Made by a program: the position numbers and the translations under genes. From contig NC_068985.1 in NCBI RefSeq assembly GCF_001194135.2, positions 18,581,546 through 18,645,545 of the forward strand: a DNA stretch of 64,000 nt, given 5' to 3'. Positions 24,536 through 38,935 of the stretch are shown piece by piece. This DNA is from Octopus bimaculoides. Its lineage: Eukaryota. The notes beneath the pieces were generated by a model. That model was not told the DNA's origin and searched no databases. It saw only the letters and a program-made list of their open reading frames with translations. The stretch's first letter is position 1, and every line of letters begins with the position of its first letter.

Positions 24536-27500
24536 TTGTGATACCTCACTTGCCACTTAGGTGGATGCTAGGAATAACTACTTGGGTGGGTAGAAATCAT
24601 TACCAGTACTTATTTATTAAATTGGGTACTTAATTCATTGGTTCCTTTTGCTGAACTGCTAAATTACAGTGATGTAAACAAACCAACACTGGTTGTCAAG
24701 GAGTGGTGGGAGACAACAAACAAACATACATACATACACACATATATGCCAAGCTTCCACACAGTTTCTGTCTACTTACAGTAATCTTTACCCCTTTGTT
24801 ATATTTTGTCATAAATAGTCAGGTTGGCTAGGTCTATAAATCATTAACATTGCAAGCTATTGAACAAATATTTATTAGTCAATGACTCCAACAACGATAA
24901 GTGGGAGTGACTGAAACAGATTTTGATTGTTTGCTTGCAGCTGGCTGTAAATTTGGGACATGTAGCTCAAGTACCAAAGATAATTTTAGATAAAGAATGA
25001 AATGTTGTAAGAAAGAAAATATCTGCTTTGGTGCTTGCTTTATATTTCTGACTTTAAGACTACCAATATTATATTATTATTGCTTTAATCTGTAAAATTT
25101 CTTTTCATAAAAAATTTATATTGATAAACCAATTTGACTAGACTGAAATTAATCATTTAAGTTCACAAGTTAAGCAGGATTGAAAATTACATGCTACTTG
25201 AAACAAACACTATGTTTTTAGGCTTAGCTTCCAGCTGTTCCTTTTCAAGATCATACTGACATCTCAGTTTCCTTGCTGCTTAGCAAACGGAAAAGATCTA
25301 TCGAAGAGGAGGAAGCGTTGATTAAAATATTTATTTCCTAGACAGAGGTATATGAACTGATTTCGGATATTAAGAATGTATCCATTTTATGAGAAATTAT
25401 TTGAATAGAAGAAGAGAAGAAAAAGCCTGGTTTTTCAAGCAATACTTGGATATATTACAAACTGCACAATATTATTGGCTGTAGTAAGTAGCACAGTAGT
25501 TTGTTGTCAGTGAACCAAATCTGTGAGTCAGCTTTGATTCCAATGTGGTAATACTTATTTCAATTAGGATTTTAATGCACATTGGGAAGATATGAATATC
25601 AAAACAGACTGTTAATCTTAGTACCAGAAAGAAAAACCCCAACAAAGTTGTTGATTAGCCCCAGGTATTCCTCGAGTGAGGAAGTCTATGATCAAAGCAT
25701 TCCCACCATGGCCACTCTGTCATCACCTTAGGCTTTATACAATTAGTGCTACATTATCCATTTTCATCCTTTCAAGATAGTAGGGTATAGTACAAGATTC
25801 AACTGCTATTTCTAGTAGGTCAAGCAACCACACACAGGCTCACTCCTTCACTTGAAACTATAGAGGAAACACAGCACATGACGTTCATTTTTATATTCTG
25901 CCTCTCAGTTTGACCCTTAAACAATACATTCAGATGATTTATAACAATATAAATCTGTTTTTTAAACATAACAACCTCCTCTGCACTTTCAATCATATTG
26001 TCTCCTAATAATAAAATACACTTTTTATTTGTCGTTGCAAGACAATAATTCACTTATATGAACTATTTATATGCTTATAAAGTGATGGTTTCCTAAACTC
26101 CTTGTACTCATGAGATGAGAACAATTAACTACTTAAAACTTCTAAAAGAAAGCAAAACTTTCCCATTCATATGGCCAAAGATCATATTGTCTTCCTGGTG
26201 TTCTTGTGCCATGACAACAATTCAAGAATATTAGCTAAAAATCATTAAAAAAGTATCTAAATGTTATACAGAATTAGAGTTTCAACGTTTAATTATTATA
26301 AAAGTCACAGAAATAAACCTGGAGAATATGGTATGAAACTTTCCTATGGAAGAATTAATTTAGCTCAATAGGGCAATTCTAAAAGGATAAAACAATTATT
26401 TAGTCAGAAAAAAAAAAAGACATTGGCATCTAGCTGTAGAAACTATGCCAAAGCAGACACTGGAACTTGATGCAGTCCTATGGCTCGTGAGATCCTATCG
26501 TTATCCAACCCATACCAGCATGGAAAACTGACATGTAATGATGACAGATACTTTTAGAAACAAGATTCCTTAGATATAAACACACAAACAACAATAACAC
26601 AGTAGACTTGATAGAACAGTCATAAACAAATTACTTGTCCCCTCCAAGATCTAGCATTCTGGGTTGAACCATCATAATTGATGAAGTTTATCTAATAAGG
26701 CAAAACATGCCTGAAGTTGTCCCTTGATTGCTAAATTTCACACACTTTCCACTGCATAACAATTTTAATTCAAATTCTAGATTATTCCCCCACCCCATCA
26801 CATTTTTTACCAGAATTAGTCATTTAGATAAGGATTTTTCTCATCATTAAAAGGTAATCCAGCTTCTCTCTCTTGTGAGAGTGTGTGTGTGTATGTGTAT
26901 TTACATGCAGTTAAATATGTGTCTGGTCATAGAGTGACATATTTAACTTCATGTAAATACATTACAGCTCTATCCTTTAGAGAGTGCTTCTTTTACGGAT
27001 ATATGTCCCACTGACGCATGTGTGCATGTTTGTGGGTGTGTGCATGCTTGTGGATGTGCGTGCATGTGGGTGCTGGTGAGAATGCATGCCTTAAGGGTTA
27101 GAGTATCAGGTATACAATTGTAAGGTCATGCATTCAGTTCCTGGACCAGGGCTACATTGTGTTGTTGAATAAAGTTTTTCATTTGACATTGCATCAGTCT
27201 TGTGAATAGCAGCCAGTTGCTAGAGTAGCTCTCTTTGTCTCTCCCCTTATCAGCTGTCACATTCTCAATGTTCCAATGGGTCAAAGGGTCTCTTAAAACA
27301 ATTAGCAAAAGCTACTGGTCATACTTGCTTGTGGGTGACAGGTAAGCTCTGTGTTAGTGTGTGCATGTGTGCGTGTGCATGTGTGTGTACAAACACAAGG
27401 TATATGCATTTATACACAATGAAAATGAAAACAGGTTAGCTGGCATACAAACAAGACATGCAAACAAATAAACTAGCAGATAAATTTGTAATCGGAGAGA

Positions 27501-27712
27501 AATTAAAAATAAAGCAATTTTAAAGTAGATTTATTTGAGTTGCAATCAATTGGCAAAGCTGTTCGCAAAACAGTTAACGCAGTTTAAAACCTGGTTAAAG
27601 TATGTTTGAAAAACAGATTAGAAAGTATATTTCAATAAATATACACACACACACGAATACATATATACATAAATACATAGACACACACACATACTTTGAA
27701 TAAATAGTTAAT

Positions 27713-27859
27713 ATCATCATCGTCATCGTTTAACATGTGCTTTCCATGCTAGCATGGGTTGGACGATTTGACTGAGGACTGGTGAAAACCAGATGGCTAC
27801 ACTAGGCTCCAATCTGATTTGGCAAAGTTTCTACAGCTGGATGCCCTTCCTAACGCCAA
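27713..27859 (-). mobile_element. RTE 3' tail fragment, inverted relative to 27,913-28,237
   Basis: Reverse complement of the 46,353-46,495 tail at high identity; (ATC)n end. Confidence 0.85.
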
Positions 27860-27912
27860 ATATGAATAGTTATAGTTATTATAATATAATATTTATAAAT
27901 AGTCATTAAAAA

Positions 27913-28237
27913 TATCTTCAAGCGTTGGGCTTCATGGAGGCAATGACTAGTGACTGAGACCTTTGATAATATGCTGTGCTTGAGAAGAAGACCCATCAAG
28001 CCAAGTGAAATCATAGCCATGGCAGATACTGGTATCATGCAACTGGCACCTGAGCTGGTAGCATGTAAAAGCACCCATCATACTCTTGGAGTGGTTGGCA
28101 TTAGGAAGGCATCCAGCTGCAGAAACCATGCCAAATCAGACTGGAGTCTAGTGCAACCCCTCAGCTTACCAGCCCTGACCAAACTATCCAACCCATGCCA
28201 GCATGGACAATGGGCACTATATGATGATGATGATGAT
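27913..28237 (+). mobile_element. Older copy of the same RTE 3' end
   Basis: Aligns by eye to the 46,025-46,495 region, with CpG decay and internal deletion; (GAT)n tail. Confidence 0.85.
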
Positions 28238-30565
28238 AAGCAAAAACTGTCCTCATTCATAAAAACCAACCCAACAGAGTTTGGAGCTATTCAAATTTCT
28301 ACTCCACTAAATATCTGTCAGCTTAAATACACTTTGTGAAACAAACACTTTATGCAAAAGCTATTGAAGGCACCAATTTATGTCAAGGAAATAAATCTTT
28401 AAATTTCAATTTCTGACTTTTTTCTTTTATCTGTAAACTGAAATTTAAGCAGCATCTTCCATTATAGTGCTAACATTTTATTTTTCAAACTCTTGTCAAA
28501 AGTAATCTTTGAACTACTGACAAACTAATGAAAGTTTGAAAGAAAATTAACTTTTGAAGCAGTAAGAATTATTCATAGACAAAATAATCACAGTTAATAT
28601 GATGATTATACTTAGTGTGAATGCCCAGTCAAACTGAAAATAGATTTTAAAAATAACTAATTTTGTTCAACACATGACAGTAAAATTATCTAAAATTCTG
28701 TAGCTAAATCCTGCTCTTTTTCTTTTTTGCTATAATTTTACATTTTAAACAAAGAAATTGACTGACTTATAATAATTCAAATGTAAACCAATGTTGACAC
28801 AACTACATTTGTGGACATAATGGATGGTGTTAAAATAAGGATATTTTATCAGTTATTCATTCCCAAGTAGTAATGGCTGCTATTGCCTTAAAAACTGAAA
28901 AACAACATAGTACCAAAATATGGTACTATTATCATTTTCAGTTAGGGGCCAAAAGATTTCTAGCCTAAATTATACAGCTAATATTGCTGTTATTAAGAAT
29001 GACATGGCTAACCTTCACTACATTAAACACTAGGCTGCATAAGCCAAATAAGTGGGTCTACAAATTTATGTTGATAAGATTGCATAACTACAGATAAGAC
29101 TAAATCAGTCCTATTCATGACAATTGAGGACAGACAATAAAGCAAGCAGTACAATGTTTATCTTGGGGTATGAACTAGCAACCTCATACAATAATGAGGT
29201 TACAATCAAACATAGAAGTGAATTGCTGTAGATTGCTTTTTCTAAAAAAAAAAAAAAAAGCACCCTACCTGCTGGCACAGGTAGGATGGTTCGACAGGAA
29301 CTGGTAAGCCAGAAGACTGCACTAAATTCTGCTGTCTGCTTTTGCATGGTTCTTATGTTGTATGTCCTTTCTTATGCCAACCACTTTACAGAGTGTAGTG
29401 GGTGATTTTTACATGGCAACAGCAGCAGTGAGGTCACCAAGTAACTATCAAGACAAGACCTCCTCAACTGGGGGGGGGGGTATTGAGGGATAAAAAGTGA
29501 TGTCTTGCATTAGAAGAGAAACATAACTACTTAAAGTGGAGAGAGAGAGAGGGGGGATGTAACAGGGAGGGGGACAGGGGTTGTNNNNNNNNNNGTTACA
29601 GGGAGGTGTATATAGTGAAGTGGACGTGTGGGTGAGTTCACAAGATTGTGAGAGGAAAGTGGGAGATAAAGGGGGGGGTGTAATGAGTGGGCACAGACGG
29701 AGATAAAGGGGGGGGGTGTAATGAGTGGGCACAGACTGAGAGAGGGGGAATATTGTGGGGAAGAGATTCAACATAGACATATGAATTAAATTATGTCACC
29801 TGGTTTGAAGAAAGAAAAAAATTAGATTTTAACTGTTGAAGTATTTCAAAACCAGGTTATGACATTTACTACTGATAAATGCCTGACAAAGTTAAGCAAA
29901 GTTAAAATATACTAAATCTACAGCAAACAACAACTGATTTACAGTAAAATTCCTCTTAATACTGTCTGAGCATATTAAACATTTAGTATTCAGGTTACTC
30001 TGTAAAATGTAATGCTACTTTATTCACCTTGTTTTGAATTAGACATAAATCATCTTGTAGCTTAGAGAGATTTCAATGTGATAGATTATTTTTAGAATGA
30101 CATTGTGTGGTAGGTGTGAGAAGCCAGATCTGGCCAGTTTGAACATAAAAGCAGGTAGATATGGCTGGTTTAAATGCTAAAGGGTTAAGAGTTCTATTTG
30201 TGGTGTTTCTAAGATCTGTCTGGAGGGATAATCAGTGGAAATAGAAAATGAAGAAACTGAAATAGTCTCAACATCAGTCATGGGTAGAATTTAATGCAAC
30301 AGAAGTAAGAAATGGTAGGCAGAGGAAATATGTTCATGGTAGTCTGTGCTTTTGCCGTTATTGGGTTCAGAGTCTAAAAAAAATGTTCCAATTCCAACCA
30401 AATGTAATATATGTTAAAACTTCCAGTTTTGCAGATACTAATTTGAAAATAATCAAATCAGATTTAAAGACTTCTGTGAAGTAGGATCTGGTAGAAGCAG
30501 TTTTGTCTAAGAAAAAAAGGCTGTTAGTAAACTTTGGAATTTGATTTAACCCCTGTACTATAGGG

Positions 30566-30849
30566 CAGTGTTATTCAAAGTGGTGGTCCATGGACTGGTG
30601 CCAGTATGCGAGCCATCAGCTGTCAGTACACAGCAAATTTCCAAAAAGAAATAAACATTATAAAAGGCTTATAAAATGCTAACGTAATATTGTATTATTT
30701 GTTTACAAAATAAATAAAAGATAAAAAGAATTGTCAACTTTTATTATGTTCATTATATATATTGTTTCAAGAATAAATTAATATTACCGGTTACTGACAC
30801 ATTGGAAAAAATTGGCAGTATGCCACATCAGAGAGTTTGAGAAGCACTG
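30566..30849. mobile_element. Older hAT-type MITE
   Basis: TIR-like CAGTGTTATTCAAA / TTTGAGAAGCACTG; degenerate TSD CTATAGGG/CTGTAGGT. Confidence 0.75.
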
Positions 30850-31404
30850 CTGTAGGTCACAATATTTCTCAAATTTTGTAAGGGTAAACTTTTCAATATA
30901 ATTTTATTTCATGTGTATTCTTTCATTTTGCATTCATGTTAATTTTATAGTTAAAATATGCTTTAATTTCAAGTAGAAAGGGTTATGTATCTAACTGAAT
31001 TTAAAAAATGGTCATTTGGTAAATTGCTTTATATATTTGATCTTTTAATTTGAACTTTGATAAACTGGTAAACAAAAATGCTCCTGGTTCAACCCCTACT
31101 TCTTGACACCTTGGACAGGTGCTTTCTACTGTAGCATCAGATAAAACAATGCCCTCCATGTGAAATTTGATAAACAGTAACTTAGAAAACCTCTCATATA
31201 ACTCTTTCCTTTCCAGCATTGGTTTCATTTACTGTAGGTTTAGTCAGTTGTATCAAACTCTGTAACACAGTACCATAAAGATTGTTAAAATAAATATTAA
31301 GTTCTTTTTGATACAACACTGGTTTTACAGTAGTAAGCAGACATGGATACACGCGTGTATAAGACACATTTCTACTCTGTGTGTGTGTATGTGTGTGTGT
31401 GTGT

Positions 31405-31745
31405 CTAGGCTTGGTTGTGTGGTAAGATGTTTGCTTTGAAATCACATGGCTCCGAGTTCAGTCCCACTGTGTAGCAACTTGGGTAAATGTCTTCTACTAT
31501 AGCCTCAGGCTAACCAAAGCCTTGTGAGTGGATTTGCAAGATAGAAACTGAAAGAAGCCTGTCACACAGCCAGTGTTGATGTGCCTGACCCTGTAACTTA
31601 ACGGTTTGGCAAAAGAGTCCAATAGAATAAGAACCAGGCTTAAAATATTTTTTTTTAATGTACTGGGGGTTGATTCGTTTGACTAAAATACTTGAAGGTG
31701 AAGCTCCAGCATGTCTACAGTCTAATGACTGAAACAAGTAATAAA
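31405..31745 (+). mobile_element. SINE family 1 copy (inverted partial copy at ~31,825-31,965)
   Basis: Head and tail motifs. Confidence 0.85.
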
Positions 31746-31759
31746 TGAAATATAAAAAG

Positions 31760-31809
<50 letters not shown>

Positions 31810-32974
31810 TTATATAATGATGACAGGTTTCTATCCACCAATTTCCACTCACATGGCATTATTCATCTGGGGTTGTAGTGGAAAACACTTGCTCAAGGTG
31901 CCACACAATGAATTCAACCCCAGAAACCTGGTAGCAAAACAAACTTCTGAACCACACACCTAAACCTGCATGTGAGCGTTTTCATGCTTATTGGTGCAAA
32001 TCAACATATAGAGGTGCATCAAAAAAGAGTAAGTTAGCCACTCAATGAATAATTATGAAATTAGTAACGGGATCAATACAATAGTCAGTTAGTACAAAGG
32101 TCAGTACAATTGGCTAAGAACATTCAACAGAGTCACCAGAAATGCCAAAGTTCAATGACTGAAACTAGTAAACAATAAAAAAAAATTAAAAAAGAACTTC
32201 CTAAATGTAGCAGGGAAAAAAGTATACAACTATAAATAAAAATGTGTAGGTAATTTCCTGATATGAAGGAAGTTAGAGACTCCATAGACATTTATTAATA
32301 TCAAAAGAATGTTAAATATCTTTTGATGAGAGTTATAGATACTCTCGTAAATGTACATATTAAAAATAATATTTGTTATTATAATATGAATGTAATTTAT
32401 TAACATTTAGAATCTCAGGAAACATTCAAATCCAACCAGGAAATAATTGAGTTATGAATAAGAGTTTCAGGATTTAAAAACTGCAAGAATTTATATTTAG
32501 ATTAATCTCAAATATAAAGCTTATTTATTCACACCGTTTTGAGTTAATCATGTGTTATCTTGTAGCTCTGAGATTTCAATGATGTGATAATTTATTTTTA
32601 GAATGACATTGTAGGGTAGATGTGAGAGGCTGGATCTGGCTAGTCTGAACATAAAACAAGAACATTTGAGCCAGATATGGTCAGTTTAATTGCTTAGCGG
32701 TTAAAGCTTTTGAGAAATACTGATAGTTTATATCTTAATGAAATCATCAGCGTTCATTCTTTTGAATTTCCATGAGTCTGATGGAATTTGTTGAGGCAAA
32801 TTTTCTACAGTAAGACACCTCATCACCAACCCTCACTGGTTTCCAAGTAAAATAATTTTCCCCCATGGCTGGACATGTTTCCGCAGAAAACAAGGGGTAA
32901 CACTTGTATGACAATTGTTTACAACAATCACATATCAACACACACACACACACACATATATATATATGTATGAT

Positions 32975-33333
32975 AGATGCTGGAAGGTGCCTATACCAGA
33001 ATGTTATGTGCAGTGCTCAACATCTCTTGGAGAGAGCACCCAACAAAACAATGGTTATATGGGAATGTACTGACTTTCATCACACCATCCAAAAGCAGAG
33101 ATTGAGATTTGCTGGCCACTGCTGGAGAAGTAAAGAAGAATTAGTGATTAATGTGTTGCTGTGGACACCAAATCATGGTACTACAGCAGCCAGAAGATCA
33201 TGGAAGACATATATACAATAACTTGCAGAAGTTGTTGGATGCCAAATTAAAGACCTAAAAATACTAATGAAAGATTGGGAGGGACGGAGATAGGTAGTCA
33301 GGCTGGCCCAGGCAATCAGCCTGACTGGATGAT
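32975..33333 (+). pseudogene. RTE/RTE-X LINE ORF C-terminal remnant
   Basis: LEGAYTRMLCAVLNISWREHPTKQWLYG...QRLRFAGHCWRSKEELVINVLLWTPNHG...; motif typical of RTE-group RT C-termini; frameshift and stops. Confidence 0.85.
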
Positions 33334-33724
33334 ACCTCGATTAAAAAACAAAAAATAAAAATGGATTTCTCCCAGTTTCCATCTACCAAATTCACTCATA
33401 CAGCTTTGGTTGGCTTGGGGATATAGTAGAAGACACTTGACCAAGGTACAATGCAGTAGGAGTGAACCTTGTTCCAAATGGTTGGGAAGCAAGCTTTTTA
33501 ACCACACAGTCATGCCTGATCATTGAAAATGTGTGTTGGATCTTTTGCAAGATTCTATTGACTTCAATAAGTCATTAGCATCTAAGATTTCTAAGAAACT
33601 ATAAAAAGACTTGTCAGACTATTTTGTCATTCTAAAAGGTTAAAAAGCAATGCAATGCTTTAGTACTTCATTTGTCATGAAATATAGGTGTGAAAACAGA
33701 AAGGCTACTGTACTAAATAGACAA

Positions 33725-34095
33725 TGTGTGGTTAAGAAGCTTGCTTTGCAACCACATGGTTTCAGGTTCAATCCCACAGTGTGACACCTTGGGCAAGTGT
33801 TTTCTACTATAGCTCTGAATTTACCAATGAATGCATTGTGAGTGAGTTTTGTGGACCAAAGTATGTAGAAGCTGTATGTGTGTGTGTGTGTGTGTGTGTG
33901 TTGGCACCACCACCCCAGCACTTCACAACCGGCGCTGAATTTTTTTATGTCTCCCGTAACATAAAAATCTGGTGGTTTCAATAAAAGAGTGATAAAGTAC
34001 CAGACTTAACTTCAATATTGGGGTTGATTTGTTTAACTAAAACCCTTCAAGGTGGTGCTCCAGCATGGCCACAGCCCAATGAATGAAACAAGTAA
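33725..34095 (+). mobile_element. SINE family 1 copy (inverted head fragment at ~33,365-33,515)
   Basis: Head and tail motifs with (TG)n. Confidence 0.85.
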
Positions 34096-36615
34096 GAGAT
34101 AACAGAGGCTACATTGCATGTCTTAAGTCAACAAATACTTAACACGTTGACTAACTGAACCTTGAAGCATAACAACATAAGAACTAAGAAACTGAGAAAA
34201 GTATTTCCTGTGACTCATCAGGATTATATTTTGAGAAAAGAAAAAAACAAAAAAAAAAATGATTCATAATCATAACCTTTGAATATCTGCTAAAACACAG
34301 TGGTCAACAGAGCTAAAGCATCAGAAAGATTAATCAATAAATAAACAACAAAGAAATCATTCATTAGTATCCTAATAGATTCAATATGGTGAAGCTTCTT
34401 ATAACAGAAATGTTTAATAATGACAAAGCTTATTAAGTATCGGGGATTTATTCAACTGTATAAACATGCTTGGTCAATCCACAAATGAAAAATAAATAAG
34501 TAGGTCAGTAATTGATGAGAAGAGAGCAGGCTTTTTCCCCTCCCCACCTCCTTTTAAACGGGTTTTTCTTCACATATATTTTCATATTGCTGTTAATGAA
34601 CAATAGTATCGTTGGTCACGAGTTTCTAACAAACTAATTACTGGTTCACAACATTTCTGAATGAGAAAGAGATAAGGGTGTGTCTCTAACTCAATGTGCA
34701 ACTAATATCACAAAGCACTTCCTTGTAAAACAATTTTTTTTTTCTGTTGTCTCATGTTTACAAACAAGATACATATATACACCTATATACATATATAAAA
34801 GACTTCTGCACAATTTCCATTTACCAAATTCCTCTGACAAAGTATTGTTCAAATTTTAGGCTAGAATAGAAAGCACTTGACTGAGGTGCCATGCAGTGGG
34901 ATTGAACCTAAACCAATGTAATTGCAAAGTGAACTTCTGAATCACATAGCCATACCCACATTTATATATTTATATACTTTGGCACCAGCAACATGACCAA
35001 ATAATTGATCTTATAACTGATATTTCATGACGAAAAAAAAAGAAAACAGTAACAAAAAAAAAAAAAAGACTAAGAATATCAAACTTCCTTACAATTTTCT
35101 CACTGACGATGAATCTTAAACCATAGCTTAGTACCATTGTTTAAAGAACAATTAATTCAAGATATAAATCTGGTGGTTTCATAGCTTTAGAAACAATGCC
35201 AAAATTGCATTTGACTTTTGAATCTAATTTTATTAAAACCTTTGATAAAAAATTAATTAAAATTAATGGCTTCTCAGACAGAATGCGTATGATTTTTATT
35301 TCTGTTCAATTGCCTGTTAAAGTAAACATGCAGTTGACCTTTAAAACTTAATAACATTGTCCGTAGCAGTTTCGGTAATGGTAAGGCATGTATTACGACA
35401 GATCATTTTAATCTATATTAACCTTAGCTCATCCATCTGTAAGGAATAGTTAATAAACTTCATACCAGCAGTCTTTCCTTGCACAGTGCATCCAATTCTC
35501 CTATGCCCAGATTTTCTTGCAATTCCTTTGTGCTCCACTGTTCATGCACATTACACATCCATCAGAGTATGTTCCTCTCATTTCTTCCCAGCCTCTGAAC
35601 ATCCTCAATAATTTACTGCCCACATTGCATCACCATGCAACATCCCACTTTGTACACAAAAATTATACAATCACCCTTTTCAGAAGGGAAAATCCTGTAG
35701 CTGCTAGGAGAGGTAATAAATAAGCTCTGAACTTTTTCATTCAATACTTATTCAGAATACTCTTTACTACAGTTAATTATGATCACATTTAGCTGAAGTC
35801 TTATGATCATTTTAAAGAATTTATTTCATGAACGCCCTTAACTAGTCTTGCACATCTACGAAAGACATTTAACAAATGCAAAGCTTCTGGACTGTCATCA
35901 TCTATACATATTCACACAAATTTGGAAAATATACACACACACACACAAATATATATACATGTGCATAGAAATCATACATTATACACTATAAACACACTTG
36001 CTTAGAATTCAGCATTCATATGTTATAAAAACATAAAGACTGGGTATGTTTACAGATTTTTGTTCTCATCCTTCCAGTAAATCCTTTTTCACACACACAG
36101 AGGAGTGCTTCTGTGTCTACACTAGAACACAGATTTAGTGAAAGGATTTAAAAGATTTGTGTCAGCACAAATTATAATCCCTATGATTCAAGAAAGAATG
36201 CTGAGACAAAATAACAAGGGGGTTAGGGAGTTACATAAGACATAGGATGCATACTAGCACATCTTTTTACTACCAGTTGAATAAGTTAAAGTGTCTATGT
36301 ATAAATTGCCCTGAGGAAAATTTACAAAGGTTTGTTAGTGCATATACACTACATACACATATCCATGCATATATATGTGAAAAGCAAAGAGGAGATGGAA
36401 AGAGTGGCTATGGGAAAGCAAGGGATAGGAACAGAAATATAAGGGATTAGAGTATAAGGGGGTAAAAATTAGGTTTGTTCAATGTTGCTGTAAATGAAAC
36501 CATCTTAGTAGTTAGCTACCACTTCTCTCATAAAGCAATCCCTGCAGTTTTTAATTCCACCTAAACCTATTTTCATGGTTCTCAACCAAAGTGGGTGTGG
36601 ATAGGTGTTTGCGTG

Positions 36616-36646
<31 letters not shown>

Positions 36647-37000
36647 ANNNNNNNNNNNNNNNNNNNNNNNNNNNNNNNNNNNNNNNNNNNNNNNNNNNNN
36701 NNNNNNNNNNNNNNNNNNNNNNNNNNNNNNNNNNNNNNNNNNNNNNNNNNNNNNNNNNNNNNNNNNNNNNNNNNNNNNNNNNNNNNNNNNNNNNNNNNNN
36801 NNNNNNNNNNNNNNNNNNNNNNNNNNNNNNNNNNNNNNNNNNNNNNNNNNNNNNNNTGAAGATACCCAATGTAAATAAATATTTTACTTATGAACAGGGT
36901 TTGAATTTGTATCTTCAGCTGCTAACAACATCATTTCAGTTTTTAGTCTTTGGCTTGCCATCAAAGTAGATATAAAAAAAAATAAATAAAAAAAACTCAC

Positions 37001-37052
37001 TCCATTCTGAACAGCTCTGCTCTGGTTTACAAGAGAACCAGGAGTGCTTAAC
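37001..37052 (-). CDS. Candidate 52-nt internal exon (VKHSWFSCKPEQSCSEW in phase 0, or LSTPGSLVNQSRAVQNG)
   Basis: ttactttctag|G acceptor and GGA|gtgagt donor; two frames open; in frame between exon 1 and the 19,921-20,020 exon. Confidence 0.3.
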
Positions 37053-37269
37053 CTAGAAAGTAATCTAATGCCTTTTTTTTTTATCCCCCACCCCAACACA
37101 TGCTGCTTTGGCAAGGATGTCTCCATTGGATATTTAATAACATATGGAGTGGAAAAAAAAAAAAAAAAAGAAAGATTTCTGTTAAGTAATTCTGGGGATA
37201 AAATGAAAGGAATATAGTTAAGACTGCCATCCCATAATGCTCCTTCCTTACTCCGTCTTCTTTGTCTTT

Positions 37270-37635
37270 TATCTTTTACTTGTTTCAGTCATTGGACAAT
37301 GGCCATGCTGGAACACCATCTCAAAGGGTTTAGTCAAACAAACCAACACCAGGATTATTTTTTAAGGCCAGCATTTATTCTATCAATTCTTTTGCCAAAC
37401 TGCTAAGTTATGCAGATGTAAACAAACCAACATTAGTTGTTGTTGGTGGAGGGAGGACAGAAAATCATACATTTATATATGTGTATGAGACAGGCTTCTA
37501 CACATTTTCTGTCCACCAAATCTACTCACAAGGCTTTGGTCATCCCAGGACTATAGTAAAAGACACTTGCCCAAGGTGCCATGCAGTGGGATGGAACCCC
37601 AAACCACATGATTCCAAAGTGAGCTTGTTAAACAC
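37270..37635 (-). mobile_element. SINE family 1 copy
   Basis: Head and tail motifs. Confidence 0.85.
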
Positions 37636-38819
37636 ACAAAATCATTGTTCTACTGTGTCAAAGCCTTGAAATTACAGAGTGGATTGTAATGTTCATACTT
37701 CATGAAATGCATTGGTGTTATATATCAAGAGAAGTAATTCCAATTGGGAATTAACATTGAATTGTAATTTGGCTTCAGAAGAATTCCCCATCACATGACA
37801 GTCTGAGTAATAACGAGATTCTTTATACTGGCACAATACCATTAATTAGTGTGGAATGGATATAGTCAATTGGAGTGATTCCAGAGAAACAAAAGGTTAA
37901 GTTATGCCCAGCAGGCTTTGAACACAGAATGTAGGGGGATGAAGCTAAACATTAAAAGGCATTTAATAGAGTACTAATAATAATTAATATAGTGAGACAA
38001 AAGATTTTAAAATTTCTCCTTTAGAGATGAGAAAAGACATTGTGTTAATGACTAATTCTGATTAAGAAAAGAACGGGTTATAATCATTGGGTTTTAAATT
38101 AGATAAGGAATACAGTAGGGAGCAAGTGATCTTCAGCTATATAATGATAGCTCTGGACAAGTTCTGATTTATTGATTCTCATCAGCTAAGCCTAGTCTTC
38201 AGTGTAAATATGTGGAGTTATAAATTCAAATACTTTGCTTAAAACTTACAAAGAATAGATTTAGGTGGAAGTCATTAAAACATGCAGGGATTGCTTTGCG
38301 AGAAGTGATAGGGAACTACTGATCTCAGAATAAGTGGAGAATATATATAAAGTATTCAGTTTGAGACAAGACATTTATTTCACAATTCTTGTATGAAAAT
38401 GGTACTGATAGTTCATAAAATTGTGTAAGTAAATCATTGAAAATCAAAATTTGAATTCTTAAGTTAGAAATGTCATTATCATAGAATGTTAATTTTTTTT
38501 TTTTTAAACAACAAAAACAGTATATAATTGAAAGAGTATGGTACTTTTTAAGAATATTTAGAAACCAGCTTGCATCTTAAATGCAATATAATCAATGTGA
38601 CTTCACAAGAACAACTAAAACATGATTATGCCTATATACCGGAACAAAAACGTATTGGCTGGCAGCAAAATTTTGGTAATTTTCAAATCAGAAACTGGCT
38701 CTTAATGCAGTCTCTACAATAAAATGGTTTAACCCCCGAGATTGAAATAGTTATTTAATATACATTTCATACCTAAAGCCCATTTAGTGGATCTGATACA
38801 TGGAAACTGAAAGAAGCCT

Positions 38820-38821
38820 AT

Positions 38822-38900
<79 letters not shown>

Positions 38901-38935
38901 GCGAGTGAGTGAGTGAGTGAGTGAGTGAGAGTGTG
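38820..38935. repeat. Compound microsatellite (TG)n(AG)n(AGCG)n(AGTG)n inside a SINE
   Basis: Directly visible. Confidence 0.95.

Noticed and set aside
25844-26004. 161-nt minus-strand exon candidate (GDNMIESAEEVVMFKK...)
   Set aside because: Splice sites are fair, but it cannot be placed in frame between the other candidates and the peptide is unrecognisable.
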